DNA of 64,000 nt from Lama glama (taxonomy: Eukaryota): positions 38,938,001 through 39,002,000 of the forward strand of contig CM052817.1 of NCBI GenBank assembly GCA_028534125.1, read 5' to 3'. The notes beneath the pieces are model-generated. The model saw only the letters and a program-made list of their open reading frames with translations, did not search any database and was not told where the DNA came from. Of the stretch, positions 25,343-37,119 are shown in pieces. The translations under genes and the position numbers were made by a program. The number at the start of each line of letters is the position of its first letter. Position 1 is the stretch's first letter.

Positions 25343-26069
25343 TTAATTCCAGTTTTGTGGCTGGCTTTATTCCTTTGGTAACTATGAAAGTTTTAAAAAA
25401 CTAAAGCTCTAAACATTCTTAGAAACAATGAACAGTACATACACGTAAATTAAAAACAGTATGTGCAGTATATTGTGTACATGTATTTATATGCAATACA
25501 TTGTGTATATGCAGTCAAATTCTAACAATTCTACCTAAAAAAAACTGAAAAAGGAAAAAAAAAAAAAAAGAGGCTCTCCAGCCCTGTCCTGATTTACCAA
25601 GTTATATTGTTAGCATGCTTCTTAAGAATATCATATGAAGTTACTTACCTAGTCCCCAAGGAAGCTCAGGTCACTGACTTCAGCATTCTGGGACTGTTGG
25701 CCAAGCTATGCCTCCTGATAGCTTACTTAAGTGGTAAATGAGAACTCTGCCCATAAAAAGATGTCCTTGTGCCAAAGAAAATATGATAATAAAAACATGG
25801 GCTTTACTTATTTCTTAAAACACATTAAAGGTCATAAGAAAACTTAGACACTATTTTGCAGTGTTTTGTTTTTTTCTACTTTAAAAGTTTTTGTAAATTA
25901 TTCACATTGTCAGTATGGTGGTCATGACATTTCCCAATTTTTACAAATTGATTTTGTTTAGAGGGTATAGAAAAAATTAAATTTGGAGATTGGGAAAGAT
26001 GGAAATACTGTAGATTTAGGGGAAAACTATCCTAAAATGTTTAAACATAAAAGAAAGAAATCTTACATA

Positions 26070-27532
26070 CTTGCACAAAAACAGACACACAGATAAATGG
26101 AACAGAATAGAGAACCTAGAAATAAACCCATGCTCTTATGGTCAATTAATCTATGATGAAGAAGGCAAAAATATACAATGGAGAAAGACAGTTTCTTAAC
26201 AAATGGTGCTGGGAAAACTGTGCAGCTACATGAAAAAGAATGAAACTAAAATATTCCTTCACACCATATACAAAAACAAACTGAAAATGGATTAAAGATC
26301 TAAATGTAAGACCTGAAACCATAACACTTCTAGAAGAAAACATAGGCAGAGCACACTTTGACATAAAGCACAGCAATATTTTTTTTTTGGCCCTGTTTCC
26401 TAAGGCAAAAGAAATAAAATAAAAATAAACAAATGGGACCAATTAAACTTAAAAGCTTTTGCACAGCAAAGGAAATCATCAACAAAATGAAAATATAAAA
26501 AGACAACCTACGGAATGGAAGAAAATATTGCAAATGATATGACTGATAAGGGATTAATAAAAATATATAAACAGCTCATATAACTCAACATCAAGGAAAC
26601 ATCCCAATCAAAAAAACGGGCAGAAGACTTGAAGAGACTATTTTTCCAAAAGAAGACATATGGATGGCTAACAGGCACACGAAAAGATGCTCAACATCAC
26701 TAACTGTCAGAGAAATGAAAATCAAAACAATGAGATATCACATCTGTTAGAATGGCTATCATCAAAAAGTCTACAAATAACAAATGTTGGTAAGGATGTA
26801 GAGAAAAGGGAATCTTTGTACATTGTTGGTGGGAATGTAAATTCGTGCAGGTACCTTGGAAAGCAGTATAGAGGTTCCTCAAAAAATTAAAAATAGAACT
26901 ACCATATGATCCAGCAATTCCATTCCTGGGTACGCTTCCCAAGAAAACAAAAACTCTAATTCAAAAGGAGACATGCAACCCAAAGTTTATAGCAGCACTA
27001 TTTACAATAGCAAAGACGTGGAAGCAACCCAAGTGTCCATCAACAGACAAATGGATAAAGAAGACGTGATATATACACTCAAGGAAATATTACTCAGCCA
27101 TGAAAATGAATGAAATTCTGTCATTTGCTGCAATGTGGTTGGAAGCAAAGAATATTATGCTTAATGAAATAAGTCAGAGAAAGACAAATACTACTGTATG
27201 ATATCACTTATGTGTGGAAGCAAAAAATTAATACAAATGAATGTATATGCAAAACAGAAACAGACTCACAGGTATAGAAAACTAAATTGTGGTTACCAAA
27301 CGGGAGAGGGAGCAGGAGAGGGACAAATTAGGGGTGTGGGTTTAACAGATACAAACTACTATGTATAAAACAGATAAGCAACAAGAATGTATTATATAGC
27401 ATAAGGAATTATAGCCATTGTCTTCCAGTAATTTATAATGGAGTATAATCTGTAAAAATATTGAATCACTACACTGTACACCTGAAACCAATATAATGTT
27501 GTAAATCAACAATATTTCCATTTTAAAAAAAG
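26070..27532 (+). mobile_element. 5'-truncated L1 (ORF2 C-terminus plus 3'UTR)
   Basis: gcacaaaaacagacacacagataaatggaacagaatagag...ccatatgatccagcaattcc...tgtaaatcaacaatatttccattttaaaaaa. Confidence 0.92.
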
Positions 27533-27749
27533 ACAAGATGCAATAAAATAAGTCATGTCAAACTAGTTCACACAATTAGCTTAAATGACTGAATATGAAT
27601 TGAGGTTATTTCAAAATTTCCACTTTTAGCGATTATTGCATAATGAGGAAAATGGTGAGGACTTCTGAGATCTCATGTTACAATGAGTCCCTGCTATGCT
27701 TGGTTCAATCTTTCTCAGCAACTTGAAATGAACCTGGCTTGATGAGATG

Positions 27750-28350
27750 GTTTGATGAATGGGATTTGTTTCAAAATAACCCTTATAATGGAAGAAGTGG
27801 AGGGAAATGAGTGGGTATATCGATTACACAAGACTGGCTATGTGCTGATAACTACTGAAGCTGACATGATGAATTTATTCTATTCTTTCCACCTTTGCAT
27901 TTTTCAAAAAATTCATAATAAAACCTTCAAAGGAGAGAAACAACTTAAAAAATAGACCTTATTTTTCAGAGCAGATTTGGAGCATAATAAAATTGAGCAG
28001 ACAGTACAGAGAGTTCCCATATATTCCTTGTTTCCCTTCCCTCCACCCGCAGCCTCTCTCAAAATCAACATCCCACATCAGAGTGGTCACAATCAATGAG
28101 CCCACACTGACATCATTATCATCCAAAGTTCATAGTTTACATTAAGGTTCACTCTTGATGTGCATTCTGAGTTTGGACAAACGTATAATGACATGTATCC
28201 ATCATTATACTATCATACGGAATAATTTCACCTCCCTAAAAGTTCACTGTGTCTCCCAATTCATGCCTCTCTGCCCACTAAGCCCTGAAAATCACTGCTC
28301 TTTTTACCACCTTCATAGTTTCACCTTTTCTAGAAAATCATATAGTTATG
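27750..28350. mobile_element. Old L1M 3'UTR fragments (plus ~27750-27930, minus ~27955-28350)
   Basis: gggatttgtttcaaaataa...; aaaattgagcagacagtacagagagttcccatat...acatgtatccatcattat. Confidence 0.7.
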
Positions 28351-29519
28351 TTCAGAAACCACTTTTTCAAGTCATGACTAAAAATTAAAATTAATATCTT
28401 GCCACGTAACACTTACTTATGTAAAAATGAAAAGAATACAAATAGAATAAAATTTTAAAAAATGTAAAAACCTGGCTTTCCCACAAAAGCATGAATGAGG
28501 AATACGCAACAACTTTCCTAGAGAGTACTACTCCACCTCAGGGATGAACACAAAATGATCTTGCGTTTGCCCACTTGAATCCGCTTCTCTTCTCTTGATA
28601 TTCTCGTAGACTCTTTTTCAGCTGGACACTTGCATTGGACTTAATTTTCTGGCTTGATCTTAACCCTCTCCTTAAGCCTCCACTCCCCTGACTGACCCAG
28701 GTAAGGTCCTCTCTCAATTGTTCCTACAGAGGAGCGGACACTAGGCTTAGAAATTAGCTTTGCCAAACACTTTGTTAAAGAAGGACCCTGTTTTCTCTTT
28801 TTACATTTCCGATGATGGATAATATAATCAGAAGAAGCATTTTTAAAAATGTTAACTTACATGCCTTGACTATTTTCATCCTCAGAATAACCTTAACAAG
28901 GTTATTATCTCCATTTTGTAGATAAACACTGAAGCAACAGAAAGTCAGTGGGTCAAGTTTGCAGTGCTGGTGTGAGGTGCAGGAACTCTGGACTGGGAAT
29001 TAGGAGGTGATGCTGTCCACCTGCCTTGCTAGAACCAGTTACGTACAAGCTTCATAAACTCCCTGGATCTGAAGTCCACGGGTTGGACTAGCACCAGATT
29101 GTCTTCCAGATCCTGTTCAGCTCTGTGATTCTTGGTGAGTGTTCACTCAAAAAGAGGCACCTCAAAAAAGGAAATATGTCCAGCCTTCAATGACGCTCTT
29201 TGGCATCTTGTTTATAGTTAACTTTTCAACCAAATGGAATGTGTCCAAGCAGTACCTATTGCTTTTACTTCTTTTCTTTTGTTCTCACATCCCCAAGTCG
29301 TTCCCCAAACTATGATTCATAACTGAGTGGCAGGGGCAGTTTGTTCTCATGCAATGTCTTCCTTCTCTAGGATTTCAGCAGCATAATGCAATGTATAATC
29401 AAGACTCTTAATGAAAACATCTGTCTCTATCTGAATTCACTAATCAATCATCTAGTATTTCTCTTACTTTTGTTATACTTTTGAGACAAAATACAAGGCC
29501 AAACAAAACAGTTTGCACC

Positions 29520-29950
29520 TGTAGTAGCCAGCCTTCAAAGTGGCCTCCAATCCTCTCAGAATTCACCCCCTTGTATGGTTCTCTACCACGTTGTGCCAAG
29601 TGTTCTGTGTGACCAATAGTAGGTGGCAGAAGTGATATTTATCACCTCCAAGACTAGATTATAAAAGGTATAGTGGCTTCCATCTTGGTGGCTCTCTCTG
29701 TTTATTCTTGGATCCTTTGCTCTGGGAGAAGCCAGTTGCTATATCAAGAGCAACCATACAGAGAGGCCCGTGGAGAGGGGAACTGAAGCCACCTGCTGGA
29801 AGGAGAGCCTCCAGCCCGGCGAAGCTTCAGATGACTGCAGCAGCTGACACTCTGCAGCCTTCTGAGAGGCCATGAGCTGCATCTGCCCAGCTAAGCTGCC
29901 TCTTAGTTTTAGGGTAATTTGTCTTGCAGCAACAGGAAATTAATTTTACA
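29520..29950 (+). mobile_element. MLT1F-type MaLR LTR
   Basis: tgtagtagccagccttcaaagtggcctcc...gtgtgaccaatag...cttcagatgactgcagc...gtaatttgtcttgcagcaa. Confidence 0.8.
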
Positions 29951-30312
29951 GGTGAGGAGACAAATACATTGAAAAGTTGAGTGTTGTTTTCCAAGAACAC
30001 TCAGCAAGCAAGTGATATTGCTGAGTAAAGCTCATAGTTGTGTTTTCTTCTCAATGTAACATCATTTATCGGTGGCAGATTTTCTTGGTCACTTTATGAC
30101 GGCATTTTTGTTTGGGTAAGTGATGTAAAAAAGACTCATACCTGTAACTTATAAAGTTACATTGTTCACTGAATGATGAAGAACTGAGGTGTTTTCAATT
30201 TTCTTACAGCCTTTTAGAATAATTAAAGAATAATTACATGAGAATTGCAAAAAATGAAGGTAAATTTAAAAGGACTTTGGCATACTCACACCACACATGG
30301 TGCCTGATCAGC

Positions 30313-30425
30313 AGGGTGACCAGGTGTGCTCAGCACAGTCCTGCTTTTTGCCTGTTGTCTAGTGTAAGTATTAATACAGCTCCCTTTCACTCTCAAAAGT
30401 AGACAATGAATTATATGCTCACTAT
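30313..30425. mobile_element. hAT-Blackjack MITE (MER81/MER94-like)
   Basis: agggtgacca...ccctttcactctcaaaagt. Confidence 0.55.
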
Positions 30426-30713
30426 GGGTGGACCAAGTCAACAAGTTAGTCATTGCTTGTCTCCTACAACATCAGTTCCTATTTCAACCAGAGGTTCCTG
30501 CTTGGCTCCTTAAAGCTCACTTATTTGTGTTCTCAGATTGGTTCCGGCCAGGTCAGGGCATCCTCAGTGAGTCCTTGTCTAAGATACCTTCAGCTCAGAA
30601 TCAGATAGCACTCTGGGTGCTCATTCTCCTGCTGGTAGAAAGAGTAGGCCTTGCAGTCAAACAAATCTGTTCTCAAACCACTGTTCCATGACTTACGAGC
30701 AATGGGATCAGAC

Positions 30714-30915
30714 CAGGCTGTCCAATGGCACTTCTGCGATAATGGAAATATTCTACAATTTGGCACTGTCCAATGGAGTAGCTACCAGCCACATATGACT
30801 ACTGAGTACTTGCAGTGGGACAAGTATGGATGAAAAACTTGATTTTTAGTCTTGTTGAATTTAATTAAAAAATAACTAGCCACATGTGGCTAGTGGCTAC
30901 CATCCTGGATAGTAC
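30714..30915. mobile_element. MER3 (hAT-Charlie) inserted into a MIR
   Basis: gctgtccaatggcacttctgcgataatggaaatattct...tagccacatgtggctagtggctaccatcctggatag. MIR halves lie on either side (~30630 and ~30920-31030). Confidence 0.85.
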
Positions 30916-31149
30916 AAAAACTCTTGAGCCTCAGTTTCTTTTCTTAAGAAATAGAGATAATGATACCTACTTTTCAAAGTTGCAGAATATTTGGGAAAAT
31001 GCTTCACACATGTTTGACACTCAAATTATTGGTATATTTGCATACATAGACCCCTTGCCAGATTCTATTCTCCAGTTGACTATACTGAGACTCTATGCCT
31101 GGACACCTCCTTCTTCCTCATTGCCCCCAAGTGCAATCGGTCACTGTTC

Positions 31150-31905
31150 AGTGGTACTGTATGTACTTCCTGAAAAATGCATCAAGTCTCCCGTACCTCC
31201 CATTTAGGGCCACCATCATAGCCCAAGATACCTTCATATCTGGTCGATTTAGGCCTCAACAGTCCCTCTGCTTCACTCTTGCTCCCCTCCAAATCATTTG
31301 TGACACTGCAGCCTAAGGGATATTTTAAAACCACAAATATTGTCATTCCCCTGCTTAAACGCCTTCAGTGGTTTCTCAGTTGTTAACTGAAGATAAAGAC
31401 CAAGACACTCCTGGAGATATAAAAGCTGTGCAAGATCCTGCTTCACCTGCCTCTCTAGCTCTCTTTCCTCATTGTCCTCCAACCACATCAGCCTCCTTTC
31501 TGATCAAGCGCAGCAAGCTCCTTCATGCCTCTGGGCTTTCACACCAACTGTTCCTCCTGGCTGGACTGCTCTCAGCTCCTCCCTTCGCCTGGTTAACTCC
31601 TACCTAGGATTAAGACTTTCACTCAAAAACGTCTCCTTAGGAGAGCACAGTCTCCTGGCCCCCTAAACTAGGGGGATCAGCTCTCAGTCCAGCCTGACTT
31701 ATCCCTTCAAGGAATTTATCACAGCACAGAATCCTCTATTTATTCAGAGATTATTATTTTTTAACAACTGACTTCCATCCCTGACTGTAAACTCCAGGAT
31801 CACAGGCACTGTCTTTCTTCCGCTCACCATTGTATTCTTAGCATCTGACACAGCCCCTGGCTCCATAGCACATGCTCAGTATATATGTGTTAAGTGAAGG
31901 AATGG
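31150..31905 (+). mobile_element. L2a 3' region
   Basis: cccctgcttaaacgccttcagtggtttctc...gactgtaaactcc...gctcaccattgtattc...gcacatgctcagtatatatgtgttaagtgaaggaatg. Confidence 0.85.
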
Positions 31906-34900
31906 GGTCATTGAAAATGATGAGTTTCACAGTAGGTAAATGAAGCCTGCAGCTAGGATAGCAGCAAAACAGGGCATATAAAAAACAGAGAGAGAGACTG
32001 AGTACAGTGGGGAGGACAGAGAAAAGTCTGGCTTCAAAATAGTGCTTCAGAAAAATCTAGAAATTATGTAAGTTTTGAGTTCTGTGGTTAAAAAAGAGTT
32101 ATACTGAAAGTCGGGCGAAGACTGCCACCATGTCCTCCCTGACGTTTGCTGCACGTGGTGGGGTGTTGCTCCAGAATCTTAATTCAGACGTGTAAGGTCC
32201 CCCATCCATTAAACCACTGATATCTCTGTGGCTCTGATGGAGAATTAATAAAATGGCCACATTTAGGCTAATATATTGCTTATTCTTTTGCTTATCCTTA
32301 TAATGTTCAACTAACCTGTCTGACCGGTTGCTACTCACAGCTCCAGGCCTGATGTTAAAATAAAGCTATTAATTTTACTGTTTCCGCTTTATTCCAGTAA
32401 TCAAAAGTAACAATCAAACTTGATTTCTGAGTTGTTCTCCAGGGAGAAGGTCATGGAACTGTAACCTTACACAAAAGCCTGAATTACCAAAAGAAGACAA
32501 CGCCTTGGGCACTTACAAGATAGAGAGATCAAAAAAGTGAGAGCTAACCTCTATAGAATTGGTTGCCTGGAGGCATCATGATGCCACTCTAAATCTTAAG
32601 CCGAGAAAAAAAGTTGTCCACTAGCATGTGGGGCACAAAAGTTCCAGGGGGTGATCCTGAATGTTGCAGGGGAAATCTCAGGGTGGCCGTCCACTAGTGC
32701 ATGGGGCCCTGTGGTGGCTGTCCTTGATGAATGGGGACCACCAAGAGATTTGGAGAACAATGACCCTCAATGGTCCTGCTATTGTATCAAAGTGAGACTT
32801 TTGTAATTGGCTTGGCTTTTATCTTGAGTGTGTGCTTGAGTGCCTCCATATATAAGTCCAAATCCTGTTCTCTCTCCCTGGTTTTGACCCTTATTAGGGG
32901 GTCCTAGTAACTTGAATACTGATTCAGGTTCCTCTGAAAGTGAGGCATGTGAAGGTGAGTGGATGACATGTCTTATTGTCTATTACTGGTATTTGTTTAA
33001 ACTGAATTGACTATTTAGAAACTGGAAAAAAAAATGCCTGAAAATGGCCAAGATGGGAATCTTTTGGCATTCTTAAATTGGTTTTTGCATATGCTGTTAG
33101 AGGAATTTAGCTTTCTAGAAGACATTAATATTTCTCTTCTTGTGCCTTTGAGATGTAAATGGTCTACCTGGACTTTCTGGAACTTTAACCTAATCATATA
33201 TGATCTCTAAGAGTGAAGAAAAAAAAAGACTTTTAAAACTCTATAGGAATAATTAATTGTGCTTTGGAAATGTTGATCTAAAATAGTCTTTTCAGATTTT
33301 GGTGCCTTGAAACTAAACTAAGTTAAACGAAGAGAATTCATTGGGCCATTTCAAATAGGATAAAATACTGGAACATTAATTGCTGGGTGGATCTAAGTTT
33401 ACCCAATTTTGCCTTCTTAGGAGAGGAAGGAAGACTAAAGCATATTTTTTTTTATCAGGAAATGCTGGTATGATGAACAGTACAAAATTACTTGCTTCTT
33501 GGTTTTTGCCAAATATTAAGTTTTTTAAGGGTTAAGATTATAATCAGTCATAAATCTAGTTATTGTAACTAAATTCCTTAATGATTACATTGTGATCAGG
33601 TGTTTAACCGTGGCTTTTTAAGTCTTTTTGCCTTTTATACACAGTTATTGTTATATTCTGATGCTTTTGCAAAAAGTGTTTCATCTTCAAGAAGATTCAT
33701 AGGCAGGAACTTTGGCAAGTGTAGGTCTCTGATAAATTTCAGATCATACCGGTGAACTGGGTGAGAAATTAAAGAATCCTAAGGGAAAACGTGTTGGCTT
33801 CACAAAAAGTTAACAAAAGGATTGGTCACTAAGTAAGGTGAATATGGCTATAATTTTTATGGTTTTTGTCTGGAATATTACTGGTTTTGATCTGTGTTTT
33901 CCAGATATAGGGAAGCTCTTCCCCTAAAATTAATTATGACTTTTGGCAATTTGGTAAACTACACCCACGGGTAGAACTAAAACATTTTTCTTTTCTCTCT
34001 GCCTGGTCCCTCCAGAAATAGGAGACACTTGGGTTCTGGGCAGCCTCGTCAGGTGAATGGGGAAGACTGTCTCTTGGCATGTGCAGGAATCTTAATATTT
34101 GGGGGACTTCTAGAAAAAGAGAAATCCACTGAGGCAGAACCTGATGGCAGGCCTTTGGCATGGTTTTCCTGGTCATGAGGGGCCTTTTGGGAATTCAGTC
34201 TGAGACTCCTTCTGAAGAGTTCCACCGCAGCCAGTTTGGAGAAGCCTGTGTGGTCAATTGACCAGACTTATTTTGCAAACAAATTAGTCTTGATTTGGCT
34301 ATGTTTGGGGGGAGAGGAGGGTAATTTTAGAGAGAAAAATATTATGCTTCAGTGGATATTAAATTCTAGTTCTGCTAGTTGAGGTCTGTATTTTTGAAAC
34401 TTACTATTTTAGCCACACTTTTGCCCTGATGTTCAGGATAGAAAGGAAATTATCTAATGGAGTTGTCACAGAGTATAACTCCTCATGATGTGTGACGTGC
34501 CTGCTTTACCTCTGCTGCTAAAAGCACATGTACAATGCCTGTGTTTAACAACTTGGTATAACTGATAAAATGCATAGCTTCTCAAATGTCTCCCCATCAA
34601 TGCACCTCTGAGCTTGTTCATAATATCTGATCAGTTTTCCCCCAACATTGATAACTAGGCACCTATAAAGGAGGCCTAGCACCATGGGACATGATCTGTA
34701 CCCAGAGCAGGAAGGACCCTGGCTTCAAGGGACAAATACTTTGGTTTATTGAAAGAATTGCCATCAAAAGGGAAAATGATGAGAAAATCTTCACATGTGG
34801 AGGTATGAGAAAATCATTCTGGCTTATACATGGTTTAACTTAAACTTTACTGACCGAAGTGGCCTGTTACGTGGCCTATCAAACGTGCATTGTATACCTG

Positions 34901-35109
34901 TTTGGCTATTGTGGAGGGGAAGGCATTTGAAAGTCAAAATGGAGTAATCATAGTTCAAACATCCCAGAAAAAGCTAGGTGGCCATAGTGGATGTGATTTG
35001 GACATGTTCCTGTATTACTAAAACTTGAATTATCTGAGCTGTCTTGTAGACCAGGATAAAAACCACAGGCAGGAATAGTGTTATCTCAAATGCTTCTTGT
35101 GTTTCGCTT

Positions 35110-35870
35110 AATGGTCATGATCTCCCCTGTGTTGTGCCTGTTGCATGGCTTACATTTCATCCCTAGCTTGAGTGAAGGAGGTTTATTTAAGGATTGGGAA
35201 GTAACAATGGCCTCACTGCAAAATACATCTAATAGCTGGGTCTACAGTGAGATGCCACTGTCATCCTCCTCTGGACTTCCATGAAAAATTAACCAGGCTA
35301 ATGTGACTTATGTGGGGATGACTGACAATGAGTGAAAAAGACTCTCACCATCTTCCTGTCCCACATGCCAATACATCAAAAGGACCCCCATTGGCAAACA
35401 TTACTATACAGCTGACTGCCAACGAGCCTCCCTGGGCTGTGCTGTGTGGAATGCAACAGGCTGGCTTCTGGACACAGAAGTTCAACTAGTGGGATTAACT
35501 GTTTTTCGTTTGGAAAGACCTAACGGGTCCACCCCTAATGACACTCAACATAACACAGGTTGGCAGACCTGTACTGTGATTGCTGACTCCTGGCTAGGCC
35601 ATCAGAATGTTTCTTTAAGAGCCAGGACTTCCCTCTCCCATGGGGGTGGCTCTGGGTTTGTGAAAATCAGGAGTGACCTTACCTTCCTTATAACTGGACA
35701 GGATGCTGCCAACATTGACCCCCTCTCCATTGACCTGGTAAGTGCTTGGCTCTAAAATATGCCCACATCCTGGTGAATGCCTGTTCCCAGCATACTAGTT
35801 ATCTTTCTCTCGGTACTCCTTAGCTGCTGGTGTCTGTATGGTATTTGTGGTATCTGCCTGCAGTGCTCCT
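35110..35870 (+). pseudogene. Degenerate retroviral env (SU motifs plus Cys-rich membrane anchor; TM ectodomain missing)
   Basis: ASLQNTSNSWVYSEMPLSSSSGLP resembles a decayed CWVC..LP.S...GLPW motif. Also WGWLWVCENQE*PYLPYNWTGCC at 35641-35709 and LVIFLSVLLSCWCLYGICGICLQC at ~35795-35866. Stops and frameshifts present. Confidence 0.75.
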
Positions 35871-35951
35871 CTACATACCTGACCCCAGGGATATCATAGA
35901 AGAGGGGTGGACCAAGATTGTAAAGGACGTACAGGGTATGTAGGGGTGGAG

Positions 35952-36344
35952 TGTATGTTCAGGCCACCCAAGATGGCTGTTCTCTTCCTGTCTGTACGTG
36001 CCCTGCTCGACCAGTGCCTGCTTCACCTATACTTTACTCACATGACTGCCCTACATACGAGCCCCCACACCAGCTGGTGATCCTTCTAACCTTTAGAGCA
36101 GAACATCTCCACTACGATAACTCATCAAAAGGGCAATGAGGGGCATACCCCTCTGCTAGTTTCCATGGTAACTGATGAGCCAACCTGATGTCAATTCCTC
36201 CTATAATTGGTCACCTCCCTGTCCCCCAGAAGTGAAAACTGCAGCCATGTCCTGCCCACCATCCACCATACACAGTGGGGTGTCACTCCAAGACTTTGCT
36301 TCAAGACATGTAAGATCCCCCATCCATTAAATCATTGATGTCTC
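35952..36344 (+). mobile_element. 3' LTR (U3-R only) of a class III-like (MER74/HERV-S-like) ERV
   Basis: PPT aggggtggag then TGT start; caagatggc motif; X-box 36159-36172; TATA-like tataat 36202; ATTAAA; ends in polyA without U5. Confidence 0.7.
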
Positions 36345-36459
36345 AAAAAAAAAGAAGAAGGAGAAGGAGGAGGAGGAGGAGAAGAAGAAAAAGAAGAGGA
36401 AGAAAAAGAAGAAGAAGAAAAAGAAGAGGAAGAGGAAGCAGAAGCAGAAGCAGAAGCAG

Positions 36460-36522
<63 letters not shown>
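36345..36522 (+). repeat. Compound microsatellite: A9, mixed AAG/GAG, (AAGCAG)n, then (CAG)20
   Basis: Read directly; pure CAG runs 36463-36522. Confidence 0.97.
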
Positions 36523-36523
<1 letters not shown>

Positions 36524-37119
36524 CTGGGAGTTGACAAGCAAGCAATCTTTTCAGGGCATAGAACTTCTAATGTTCATAACCTGGCTCTAATTATGGCTGA
36601 TTTAAAAAAAAACTTTTATGTATTTTTCAAATTAAAGAAAAAAGAACTGTATTACTTTTATTTTAAAAAACTTTGTTGAAAAGCTAGATTAGAAGATGTT
36701 GCTTATATTGAAAAATAGTTTCAAGTTCAGCATTACTTTGTGATTTGGGTAGTATGAAAAATGATGCAGAGTATGCTGAATTTGCACTGGATATATCCAT
36801 ATTATCTTTTTACTCTCACTTTCAGAATATTAGGCTGAAGTAATCAGATATGAGCATTGAGCATGTGCTAGTTTATGAAATAAATTCATTTTGTGAGCAA
36901 GGATAGGCACAATCAGAAAAACAGTGGTTTGAAAAAAGTCAAGAGCACTGAAAACATTTGCCATACTGGATTTCAGCATCACATTTGATAAGTATAAATG
37001 GAAAATTTGAAAATAAACTGAAAAACTCACTGGATGTCTTATAGTCTTTGAAATGTTCAAAATAGAATAGGAAAAAACATAAATCTAAAATTTAATAAAC
37101 ATTGAAACATAATCTTTTT

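Larger units (their letters stand above)
32113..36353 (+). mobile_element. Chimeric ERV-derived element with R...U3-R-polyA architecture
   Basis: The R-like segment 32113-32226 is repeated at ~36229-36344. Contains ERV1-type non-coding internal sequence ~32550-34775, env remnants 35110-35870, PPT 35942-35951, LTR from 35952, ATTAAA 36326-36331 and A9 at 36345. Confidence 0.75.

Noticed and set aside
29785..29800. CTCF-like ccagcaggtggc on the minus strand within MLT1
   Set aside because: The 3' part of the motif is poor; a weak match with no other support.
30876..30895. Perfect palindrome actagccacatgtggctagt
   Set aside because: An intrinsic part of MER3.
36327..36679. Poly-Ser, poly-Ala, poly-Leu, poly-Cys and Arg-rich ORFs
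   Set aside because: These are just translations of the microsatellite, with no evidence of an exon.
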